Virus record (IMG/VR): IMGVR_UViG_3300025121_000011
Span: 186,001 to 250,000 of that record
DNA length: 64,000 nucleotides
Strand: one strand, 5' to 3'
The first letter of the stretch is position 1; every line of letters starts with the position of its first letter. This document shows positions 46,581-55,450 of the stretch, piece by piece. Under the pieces are notes generated by a model. That model was not told where the DNA came from. It did not search any database and was given only the letters and a program-made list of their open reading frames with translations. A program made the translations under genes and the position numbers.

Positions 46581-47332
46581 TTTGTATGATAATCCACACC
46601 CAAATTATCAAGCCATTTAGTTATATCTTTTGATTGAATAGCTAAGCCACCAAAAGTTGTTGCTGTGGTGGCAAATATAATTCCAACCACATTTCCTTTT
46701 TTATTAAACAAAGGACTGCCTGAGCTTCCAGGAAGTATTATTCCGCTAAGAAATAAATAATCAGTTCCACTATTTTCCATAATAGGAAATAGAGCATCTG
46801 AGCGTGAAATGACACTAGAAACATATGTATCTGTTACAATTGGAAACGCGCCCTCTGGGGCACCGACAGTAGTTACTGGAATGGGTAAAATAAGGTCTGA
46901 TGTATCGAATACAACAGCTGAAAGATATTGTTCAGTTTCTAATAAACATAAGTCCGCTTCCGGATCAGTGTATATTACAGAAGCCATACCAGTGGGTTTA
47001 TATGAATAACTTATTTGGTCTATACCGCTATTATAAGTAATTATAGTGGGTATTAATGGATTTAAATTAATTTCCAATTCTTTAGAACAAAAATGATCAT
47101 TAGCTAAAATATAACTAATATTATCTTCTTTATAACTTGCTACTACAAATCCGGTAGCGTTAGAGTGTCGTATGGGTCCAAATCCAATATCTTTAAATAA
47201 ATTTAATGAAATTATTGGAGTTAAATAAGTTTCATATATTGGAGTAGGTTTTAGTAAATTTGTAAAGAAAAATATTGAAAGAAAAATTAAAATAGATAAA
47301 TAAACTAGTTTTTGTGAATTAATTTTTTTCAA
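46577..47332 (-). CDS. Membrane-anchored trypsin-like serine protease
   Basis: N-terminal hydrophobic helix; ATGFVV, ANDHFC (His), DLCLL (Asp), PGSSGSPL (Ser); TTG start behind AAGGAG. Confidence 0.82.
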   Translation of the reverse strand: MKKINSQKLVYLSILIFLSIFFFTNLLKPTPIYETYLTPIISLNLFKDIGFGPIRHSNATGFVVASYKEDNISYILANDHFCSKELEINLNPLIPTIITYNSGIDQISYSYKPTGMASVIYTDPEADLCLLETEQYLSAVVFDTSDLILPIPVTTVGAPEGAFPIVTDTYVSSVISRSDALFPIMENSGTDYLFLSGIILPGSSGSPLFNKKGNVVGIIFATTATTFGGLAIQSKDITKWLDNLGVDYHTN

Positions 47333-47443
47333 ATTATTCTCCTTGGTTTTGAGAGTAAAAAGCTCTCAATTTTAACTTAATATATTAATACGATTTGAAA
47401 GAGAATGCTAATATTACAAATAACTTTATGAGGAAGAATTTAT

Positions 47444-47590
47444 ATGGGATGTGGTTGTAATAAAAAAAAGAAAAAAAACAAAGAAGCTGTACCACTTGGT
47501 AGCACTGTTCATAAGCCTATGGTTGGTAATAAAAAACCAAAAGTTATAATAAGTAGTATAGTAAGATTTAAAAAAAAGAAGTCAAAATAA
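47444..47590 (+). CDS. Small basic peptide MGCGC-K-rich (48 aa), not in the ORF track
   Basis: MGCGCNKKKKKNKE...RFKKKKSK*; GAGG-like RBS upstream. Confidence 0.5.
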   Translation: MGCGCNKKKKKNKEAVPLGSTVHKPMVGNKKPKVIISSIVRFKKKKSK

Positions 47591-47659
47591 ATAGATTTTA
47601 AAATTCTTTAATGTTTCATTTGTTACGAACCGGTAAAAATATTTGGGAGGGCTCTGTGG

Positions 47660-48070
47660 ATGCCATGGAAATCATACTTACAGGTTATAGTTTTGTGGGC
47701 AGAGGAACATGATTACATTGTAGATTTAGATGGAATAGATAATTGTATATGTTTAGAATCTAAAATTATTGAATTAAATGCAAACATTAATGATTTAGAA
47801 GTAAAGACTTATATTGCTCTACATGAAGCAGGACATATACTAGTCAGACAGTCACCTGGATTATTGAAGCTTTTATCTCCAAAAAAAAGAGAAGAAAAGG
47901 AGCTTACAGTAGAAGAAAAAGTAAGTGTTATTTTAGAAGAAACAGAAGCTTGGAAAAGAGGATATAAATTGGGTATTAGATTAAAAATTCCTATTAATTT
48001 AATAAAATGGGAAACAGAACAGGCTGTGGCTTTAAATAAATATATGAAGTGGGTTCTTAAGGAGTATTAA
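47660..48070 (+). CDS. HExxH metallopeptidase-like protein (ImmA/IrrE-like)
   Basis: IALHEAGH...EETEAWKRG. Confidence 0.55.
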   Translation: MPWKSYLQVIVLWAEEHDYIVDLDGIDNCICLESKIIELNANINDLEVKTYIALHEAGHILVRQSPGLLKLLSPKKREEKELTVEEKVSVILEETEAWKRGYKLGIRLKIPINLIKWETEQAVALNKYMKWVLKEY

Positions 48071-48072
48071 TA

Positions 48073-48597
48073 ATGATTAAAATGTCTACTGAAATAAAAC
48101 TGTTAAATGAAAAAGCTGTAATTCCAAAGAGAGCGCACGAAACAGATTCTGGCTATGATTTAACTTTTATAGGATTTGATAAAATTATAGGAGATGTTAT
48201 TATATTTAAAACAGGCATAGCTTTATCTCCACCAAGTGGTTATTATTGGGAGATTGTTCCTTGTAGCAGAATTGTAAAGCAGGGATTATCTTTGGCAAAC
48301 TCTATTGCTATTATAGACGAAGATTATCGTGGAGAATTACTGGTGGCTCTAAGAGTTCATCATTCTTATGCTGGTGATGGAATTAGCAAAAGTCAGCAAT
48401 TTGCAAGTGGAATTATAGATTTTGAAGGTAATAGGTTTAGAACTTTATCTTCCTTAGCAGAAGCTATAATTGAACAAAAACCTGTATTAACACAAATTAT
48501 TTTAAGAAAGAGATATAGTTCTAAATTTGAGATAGTAGAAAATTTATCTGAGACACATAGAGGTGATGGAGGCTTTGGTTCTACCGAGCTATCTTAA
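48073..48597 (+). CDS. dut: Trimeric dUTPase
   Basis: RAHETDSGYDL, FKTGIA, NSIAIIDEDYRGEL, RGDGGFGST. Confidence 0.88.
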   Translation: MIKMSTEIKLLNEKAVIPKRAHETDSGYDLTFIGFDKIIGDVIIFKTGIALSPPSGYYWEIVPCSRIVKQGLSLANSIAIIDEDYRGELLVALRVHHSYAGDGISKSQQFASGIIDFEGNRFRTLSSLAEAIIEQKPVLTQIILRKRYSSKFEIVENLSETHRGDGGFGSTELS

Positions 48598-48648
48598 TAT
48601 TTATATATTTGAGTTGAATAAATAAGTTTACATTAAACCTAAATAAAA

Positions 48649-48655
48649 TACTAAT
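48649..48655 (+). promoter_or_regulatory. TAYTAAT element (putative late promoter)
   Basis: TACTAAT 27 nt upstream of ATG 48683. Confidence 0.45.
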
Positions 48656-48682
48656 TATCGTTCTCTTTTTTAGAGGTTATAT

Positions 48683-51600
48683 ATGTCTGATTATAGTATT
48701 TATCCAAACGCAATTGATGGTTATTCTCAGCTACCAACAATAGTTGATGGAATTACTCAAGTTAATGCCAGAAGTGTAAATACTTTGCGTTCTGCTATAA
48801 TAAATATTGAAACAGAATTGGGAATTGCACCATCTGGTAGTTTTTATAGTGTTTCTGCGCGTATGGATAATATATCTTCATCACAATCAGATATACAATC
48901 TGATGTTCAAGATTTAACATCAAACCTTGGAGAACTAACATTAAAAGTAGATGAACATATTATTAATGAAGAAAACCCACATCAAATTGGATTTAATAAT
49001 TTAATCGGTGGAACTTTAGGAAGTTTAAACAGCTTAATTACTGATGCTACATTAGATAATTCTACTGATTCAAGAACGCCATTATCTCATCATACAAGCC
49101 ATGAAGCAGGTTCTTCTGATACAATAGATGGTGATATCTTGGGAATATCTTTTGTTCCAACAAATTATACACCGGATACAACTCCTACAGAGGTCACCTC
49201 CACATCTCAATTAACAGCCCATTTAAAAGGAATAGATAACAAATGCGTTCCATTGGCTCAAGTAATTACAGTTGCAAAAAGCGGAGGAGATTATACCACT
49301 ATTGAAGATGGACTTGCTGAAGCTGCACTTATAATAGCTGGTGGTAATAGATGTCTAATTGAGATTTATCCAGGAGATTATTATGAAAATAATCCATTAA
49401 TAGTCCCAAATACATGCTCAATTAATTGTCATGGTCGACACGAAACTACTCAAATGTTTTGTTTGAATACTGGTGCAGGTGTACATGGAATTATTTGCGC
49501 TATTGATTCAGAAATAATTGGATTGAAAGTTCAAAATGCTTCCGGAAGTAATGCCTCAGGATTTTATATTGGTCCAACTATTTATAATTGTATGCTACAT
49601 GATACAAAAATTAAAGATTGTTATATTGGATGGTTATCTGAATCAACAGTTTTTTCTCCGGGAATTATTATTCGAGAACCATATGTTAATGAGGGTACTT
49701 GTACAAGTATTTTTAAAACTATAAATGGTGGGCAAATGAATATTGAAAATGCCCGAGTACTCGCCTCTGTAAGTTGTAATAATGCGTGGCATGTTGATGG
49801 ATTAAATTCTACAATGCGAGTACTTTCTTCCAGGCTTAATGGTACAGGAGCTGTTTATGCTATAAGATCGGAAAATCTTGGAACAATAGAGGCAACTAGT
49901 GTAACAATAAATTATTCTCAAAATGGCATCATTATTCCTGCATCTGGTGGGGTTGTTTCTATGCAGGCTTGTGCAATTTATTCTGATACATTAGATTTAA
50001 CTTTGGCTGATACGGCTAATGTTATATGTGAACTTTTTGGATGTGTATTAGATTCTGGAAAATTTAGTATTGGCGCATCAGCTCAAATATCTGGATATGG
50101 ACAAGATATTAATTCGTTAAGTCCAGGACCAATGATTCTGGGAGAATTATGGCTTGGAGCAGATTCCACAGAAAGAGTACCTTTAAGTAGTTATTCAAGA
50201 GGTACGTTTTTAACCGGACTTATTAGTGGAGGAGAAGTTGAGTTTTCAGCACTTGGTGGACCATTAGATTTAGATATAAATACGGGAAGTGGATTTATAA
50301 ATACAGGTACAGGTGTTAAAAAAATAATTTGGGATTTGACAACAATTCCAACATCAATAAATACTGATTTTTATATTTACGTTAATTCAAGTGGAGTTGT
50401 TTCTAACTCATCTACACCAGCATCTACAAATACAAATATTACTCTTGCATCTGGTCGTTCTGGGGCTTCTGGAGTTTTATATATTTCTAAAGATGTTATT
50501 ATTCTTAGTCATTCACATCTTAATATACATAATTGGATTTCAATAAATGTTGGATTATTATGGTTATCTGGTTTGGAAACAACTGTTTTTGCAGGATTAC
50601 AAGTTGCGGTAAGTAGCGGATCTTTTTCTCGTCCTGATGAAACAGTAACAATAGTTGGCGGAAGTCCAATAACAATGCTTAGATGGTATAGAGATCCAAT
50701 AGTTGGTTGGAAACACACAATCGGCGATGTTGATGATGGATTTTATGATGATGGAAGTGGTACATTAGCTGCAATACCGGGAGGTACTCCTTGGAAGAAA
50801 GATGCAATCTATGTAACAAAAAATGGTTCTGAAATATTTCATTATTTTTATTCTCAAAGTACTTATATAGATCAAGTAACAGCAGAGGCAGCGTCTCTTC
50901 CGATTCCACCTAATCAATTTCAAACAGGATCTTTAGCTTTTTTATTATCTGGGTCTGTAGTAAATTTAAATGCCGGAACTATTGCCACATTTACTGATGA
51001 ATTAAGAACGTTGGGAGTATCTGGAGTGGGTTCTGGATCTCCAGCCACAGATCATGGAAGTCTTGCGGGTCTTGGTGATGATGATCATAATAGATATGTG
51101 GATCTTTCTGGTAATGCAGGAAGAAATTCATTTACAGGAACCTTAGATGCATCAAATGGTTCTATTATATTACCAGCTAACGCAACCCCATCTCAAACAA
51201 CTGAAGGATCTGTGGTTTGGGATAATAATGATGATTTATTGACAATTGGAACGGGCGTTTCTCGCAAAATTATGGTCGATACAAACTCTAATCAGAATTT
51301 GGCGGGAAAAACACTTACAACTCCAGTAATATCATCTTATATAGATTTTATACCTATAGCACCAATTACTTCATCTGAGGGGCGAACATATTATGATTCT
51401 TCAGATCATTGCTTAGCTTATGGAACAAGTGATGGGTCAACCATTCAAGTTAATCAAGAAGAAATAATTAGATGCCTTAATAATTCTGGAGTACAAATTA
51501 ATGATGGTCAGGCTGTTTATATTTCTGGATCATCATCAAGCCGTCCAGAAATTTCTTTAGCAAATGCTTCTTCAAGTTTAACATCAGATTCTGTAATTGG

Positions 51601-52432
51601 TTTGGCTACACAAAATATTGGAGATACGCTTCAAGGTTTTGTAACATCACATGGTTTGGTACGTAATATCGATACTACTGGTGGGCTTGAATCTTGGATA
51701 GCGGGAGATGTTCTTTGGCTCAGTACAACATCTGGTGGATTAACAAATGTGCGTCCAATATCTCCAAATCATGTAATTAGAATCGGATATGCTTTATTAA
51801 TCAATGCAACATTGGGAGTTATTTTTGTAGATATAGATGTATATCCACATTTAACTGAACTTTGTGATGTTAAAATTTCAGCAGTACTCGATGGAGATGT
51901 GCTTACTTATGAAAATGCAACATCCTTATGGAAAAATATTGCACCACCAATAGCTTCTGAAATTCTAGCTGGAAAGATTGAAATAGCCACCCAAATTGAG
52001 GTAACAACAGGAACAGATGATACTAAGGCAATAACACCATTAAAACTTGCATCTAAATTATCATCTATTGCTGGTTTAGTAAATTCTCATGTTATCTCGT
52101 TATCAGCATCATTTAATATTAATAGTGTAACACCCACAACGGTATTTGGTATGTTTTGGACTCCAACGGTTGGAACATGGGATATAAGATGGGAAGGAGA
52201 AGTATATTCCAATGGCAATGCCATATCTTCTTGCCAATTTTATAAAGATGCTGTTGCTATTGGCTCAATTAGACGCAGAAATCGTAGTAATAATACATAT
52301 GGATATTCTGAAAATTTTGTACAAGTAACAGTTACTGGTACAGAGATTATTTCCTTACGTATGGCTATAACCTCATCTAATATCAATGTTTATGGGCGCT
52401 CTTTATCTTTTACAAAAGTAAATGTGGTATAA
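48683..52432 (+). CDS. Large modular virion protein, tail fibre/tailspike-like
   Basis: VITVAKSGGDYTTI followed by a beta-helix-like region; DHGSLAGLGDDDH; GQAVYISG...GLVRNIDT module; AGKIEIATQIEVTTGTDDTKAITPLKL tail-fibre repeat; Gly/Ser/Thr-rich. Confidence 0.7.
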   Translation: MSDYSIYPNAIDGYSQLPTIVDGITQVNARSVNTLRSAIINIETELGIAPSGSFYSVSARMDNISSSQSDIQSDVQDLTSNLGELTLKVDEHIINEENPHQIGFNNLIGGTLGSLNSLITDATLDNSTDSRTPLSHHTSHEAGSSDTIDGDILGISFVPTNYTPDTTPTEVTSTSQLTAHLKGIDNKCVPLAQVITVAKSGGDYTTIEDGLAEAALIIAGGNRCLIEIYPGDYYENNPLIVPNTCSINCHGRHETTQMFCLNTGAGVHGIICAIDSEIIGLKVQNASGSNASGFYIGPTIYNCMLHDTKIKDCYIGWLSESTVFSPGIIIREPYVNEGTCTSIFKTINGGQMNIENARVLASVSCNNAWHVDGLNSTMRVLSSRLNGTGAVYAIRSENLGTIEATSVTINYSQNGIIIPASGGVVSMQACAIYSDTLDLTLADTANVICELFGCVLDSGKFSIGASAQISGYGQDINSLSPGPMILGELWLGADSTERVPLSSYSRGTFLTGLISGGEVEFSALGGPLDLDINTGSGFINTGTGVKKIIWDLTTIPTSINTDFYIYVNSSGVVSNSSTPASTNTNITLASGRSGASGVLYISKDVIILSHSHLNIHNWISINVGLLWLSGLETTVFAGLQVAVSSGSFSRPDETVTIVGGSPITMLRWYRDPIVGWKHTIGDVDDGFYDDGSGTLAAIPGGTPWKKDAIYVTKNGSEIFHYFYSQSTYIDQVTAEAASLPIPPNQFQTGSLAFLLSGSVVNLNAGTIATFTDELRTLGVSGVGSGSPATDHGSLAGLGDDDHNRYVDLSGNAGRNSFTGTLDASNGSIILPANATPSQTTEGSVVWDNNDDLLTIGTGVSRKIMVDTNSNQNLAGKTLTTPVISSYIDFIPIAPITSSEGRTYYDSSDHCLAYGTSDGSTIQVNQEEIIRCLNNSGVQINDGQAVYISGSSSSRPEISLANASSSLTSDSVIGLATQNIGDTLQGFVTSHGLVRNIDTTGGLESWIAGDVLWLSTTSGGLTNVRPISPNHVIRIGYALLINATLGVIFVDIDVYPHLTELCDVKISAVLDGDVLTYENATSLWKNIAPPIASEILAGKIEIATQIEVTTGTDDTKAITPLKLASKLSSIAGLVNSHVISLSASFNINSVTPTTVFGMFWTPTVGTWDIRWEGEVYSNGNAISSCQFYKDAVAIGSIRRRNRSNNTYGYSENFVQVTVTGTEIISLRMAITSSNINVYGRSLSFTKVNVV

Positions 52433-52476
52433 GTTTCATTATAATTAGTTTTAAAAATAAAATATTATACTGGTAA

Positions 52477-52483
52477 TATTAAT
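52477..52483 (+). promoter_or_regulatory. TAYTAAT element (putative late promoter)
   Basis: TATTAAT 23 nt upstream of ATG 52507. Confidence 0.4.
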
Positions 52484-52506
52484 TTATAGAATGTGGAGAT
52501 TTATCT

Positions 52507-52866
52507 ATGCGAGAATCAATTTTAACTAAAGAATGGACAGTTTCAGCTGTTAATGGTGGCTCAATTGTAGTTGAAAATATATTTGGTACGCAATTTTCGT
52601 TTAATGGATATATTGATCAAATTATTGTAAGAGCTAGTGCTGGTGGTGGTGCTAATTTTGATATGCAAATACGACGAGATGATACCTCTTCTAATATAGA
52701 AGATTTAATTTATAGTACGGCAGCTGAACCATTTCCAATGACAGATTCGGCTATTAATGCACCATTTGATACCGCACGAGCAGAAGATAAAGATTTGAGT
52801 ATTTGGATGGATCCTGCCGTTAATGGTACAGTTGTAATTAGAATCGATTTTAGATTGCTTGGATAA
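52507..52866 (+). CDS. Hypothetical beta-rich protein, probably structural
   Basis: 119 aa with GGAG RBS, in the structural cluster. Confidence 0.55.
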   Translation: MRESILTKEWTVSAVNGGSIVVENIFGTQFSFNGYIDQIIVRASAGGGANFDMQIRRDDTSSNIEDLIYSTAAEPFPMTDSAINAPFDTARAEDKDLSIWMDPAVNGTVVIRIDFRLLG

Positions 52867-52874
52867 GGTGTCAT

Positions 52875-53111
52875 ATGATTAATAGATTAATTAAAATTGC
52901 AGATTTTTTAGACCGTTCTGGGCGCCAAGAAGATGCGGATTTTATGACTGGACTTCTCATAGCTTATAAAAAGGCGCAATCCGGTATAGATGGTATTAAT
53001 ATAGAATCAGATTACATACCTGAAAGTTTAGAAATTCCAGATGATGAATACGATCTTTTAATGGATGTATTTTCTTCTTTAGGTAAAAGTCTAAATAAGG
53101 ATGTTAAATAA
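52875..53111 (+). CDS. Small protein consisting of the shared leader motif plus an acidic tail
   Basis: MINRLIKIADFLDRSGRQEDADFMTGLLIAYKKAQ. Confidence 0.6.
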   Translation: MINRLIKIADFLDRSGRQEDADFMTGLLIAYKKAQSGIDGINIESDYIPESLEIPDDEYDLLMDVFSSLGKSLNKDVK

Positions 53112-54334
53112 TGCCAAGAACAATTCCTTCTATCACTGCGACATCTAGAACTATACCTTCACCATCAAGTACTACATCTGCACCAATTCCATCTGGTTCT
53201 ATTGGAGAAGATAGTACACAAAATAATTTAACAGCAATAGATTGTGATGCTAGCTTGCTTTCAGATGCAACATCTTGGTCGTGGACTATAGTAGTAGATG
53301 AAGATGGTACATATACTTCTGTTGCTACTTTTAGTAATAATACTGCTGAACAAACAACAATTACTCCGGATGGTCCAGGAGTTTATACTATTACATGTGC
53401 AGCCACTAATGATTCTGAAACTATATATTTCACACGCAGAATTATTGTCACAATAACCAAACCAGTTGCCTCATTATCTGTGTCTGTATCTCAAGTTGAT
53501 TTTTCTCCAATAACATTTAATGGAAGTGGTTCAACTGGTACTGGAATTACTTATAATCATACATTGATCAAACCATTAGCATCATCTTCTGTACTAAGTG
53601 CCAATGATGTTGCTTCTCCAACTGTTATTCCTGATAGAATTGGTTTATATTCATCCAGTTTAACTATAACAGATGTATATGGTAGAACATCAACAACTGT
53701 GGCTACTACTGAAGTTGGTAGAGCTAGTCCATCTGGCTCAATTGGCATTGATAGTACACAAAATGATTTATCACCAATAACATGTAATGCAGCCCCCCTT
53801 TCAGATGCTATATCTTGGCTGTGGACTATATCAGTAGATGAAGATGGTACATATGCTTCTACAGCTACCTTCAGTAACAATACGGCGGAACAAACTACAA
53901 TAACTCCGGATGGTCCAGGGATTTGGATTGTTACTTGCGCAGCTTCTAATAATTCCGGAACCACGTATTTTAGACGTAAAATAGTTGTTGCAATTGTCAA
54001 ACCAATAGCGACAGTGGATCCTATAACAGCTCAATATACTTTAGCACAGATTACACTTAATAGTTCGACATCTACCGGAATAAGCATCACACAGGTTTGG
54101 ACTCTTTATGAAAACAGCAGAGAGGATGGAGTTGTGGATGTATCCTCGCGTTTGTCATCATTATCAGATGTATCTCCAACTTTTTATCCAAGGCGTCGTG
54201 AGGCTACTTATATTGCGATATGTACTATTACAGATATGTGGGGAAACACAGATGTTGCCAGTACTGCGATAATTATTTCACCTCGTCCTTCTTCTGTTAC
54301 TGTTGATACATCTACTGTCGCAATCGCAATATAG
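53111..54334 (+). CDS. PKD/Ig-like repeat protein (virion decoration or adhesion)
   Basis: Two near-identical units PSGSIG.DSTQN.L...SW.WT..VDEDGTY...TFSNNTAEQTTITPDGPG; Thr/Ser-rich. Confidence 0.7.
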   Translation: MPRTIPSITATSRTIPSPSSTTSAPIPSGSIGEDSTQNNLTAIDCDASLLSDATSWSWTIVVDEDGTYTSVATFSNNTAEQTTITPDGPGVYTITCAATNDSETIYFTRRIIVTITKPVASLSVSVSQVDFSPITFNGSGSTGTGITYNHTLIKPLASSSVLSANDVASPTVIPDRIGLYSSSLTITDVYGRTSTTVATTEVGRASPSGSIGIDSTQNDLSPITCNAAPLSDAISWLWTISVDEDGTYASTATFSNNTAEQTTITPDGPGIWIVTCAASNNSGTTYFRRKIVVAIVKPIATVDPITAQYTLAQITLNSSTSTGISITQVWTLYENSREDGVVDVSSRLSSLSDVSPTFYPRRREATYIAICTITDMWGNTDVASTAIIISPRPSSVTVDTSTVAIAI

Positions 54335-54337
54335 GAG

Positions 54338-55312
54338 TTGTTAATGTCTTATTTTTTACCTGATCTCGGAGAAACTCGTCGTATAGTTGGATTTGCTACC
54401 CCAACAGGAAACAATGTTGAAGATGCAATTGCTACATTAAAAGTTTTGGCTGCACTAACTACTTATCTTGCTGCCGATGCGCGTACACCGGGGGCTGATG
54501 TTGCGTGGTCATTAATCGCAGGTACTTCTGAGTGTGCTCATATGCGCAGGCCAAGTGGAAGTCCTGCAAATTGCGACGTGTTGATTGCCGGAAAAAATGG
54601 GGCTGCTACCCCTCTAATGGCACCGGGTGCTTATCAAAGTAATACACTTCTTGCTGGAGTAGCGGCTACAATTACTGGTACGCTTGACACTTGGAATCAT
54701 GCAACGCTTCCTTTGGGTGCAGGTTCTCGATTTGGAGGGTATGGTTGTACTTCTGTTGCTCTAGGAGGTCCTCCCGGCATTTGTTGGATGCTGGAAAGTG
54801 CAGAGGATATGATTTTCTGTGGAACATTAAATAATCAAAAATTTGCTGTAGCATTAGGCGCTTGTATTGACCCACAGACCGATGAAGCACTTGATGCAGA
54901 AGCTGATGGGCGACTTTATTCTGTTTTTACAACTGGACGTTCTGCGTTTCGAACTGTTACTTGGAGTTCTGATCGTGGATGGGCAAAGGATGGAAACAGT
55001 TTATCTGATGAATCCGCTTGGCATGTGACAATTGGGGCTACAGCTCCTACGTGGATTTCTGCGGAACCACGAGAATATGTGCATTCTGCTGCGACTACAC
55101 ATAAACAGCGCTCTGGCCTATATAATTGGATTCCAATTACGATGCGAACTGGAAACTATATAACCGCTGGTAATGGCATTGGTGTATTGCGCGGATTCTT
55201 CCGTGGTCCCATGGGTGGGATGGGGGAAACGCGATCATCTGATGGTCATACTTATTTCTGTTTATCCGGCGGCACTCCGGGTGAAGCAGTCTGGGTCAAA
55301 TGTTTGGCTTAA
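54338..55312 (+). CDS. Hypothetical Gly/Ala-rich protein, possibly a fibre tip; elevated GC
   Basis: 324 aa; spot counts of 28-33 G+C per 60 nt versus about 13 per 60 in a typical line elsewhere. Confidence 0.55.
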   Translation: MLMSYFLPDLGETRRIVGFATPTGNNVEDAIATLKVLAALTTYLAADARTPGADVAWSLIAGTSECAHMRRPSGSPANCDVLIAGKNGAATPLMAPGAYQSNTLLAGVAATITGTLDTWNHATLPLGAGSRFGGYGCTSVALGGPPGICWMLESAEDMIFCGTLNNQKFAVALGACIDPQTDEALDAEADGRLYSVFTTGRSAFRTVTWSSDRGWAKDGNSLSDESAWHVTIGATAPTWISAEPREYVHSAATTHKQRSGLYNWIPITMRTGNYITAGNGIGVLRGFFRGPMGGMGETRSSDGHTYFCLSGGTPGEAVWVKCLA

Positions 55313-55450
55313 TTAGCCTTATAAACCATTATTACATTTAACTGTAAAGAGAAAAATATATTTTCAAGTCGTGCAAATATTTGCTCAGTACAATATTATT
55401 GGAGCGATAATGTACATGCTTTATAAAAATATAATATATTTTGGTGCCCA

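Noticed and set aside
47349-47369. Hairpin TTGAGAG-TAAAAAG-CTCTCAA as a terminator
   Set aside because: It lies between divergent gene starts with a weak stem and no clear U-tract; function unclear
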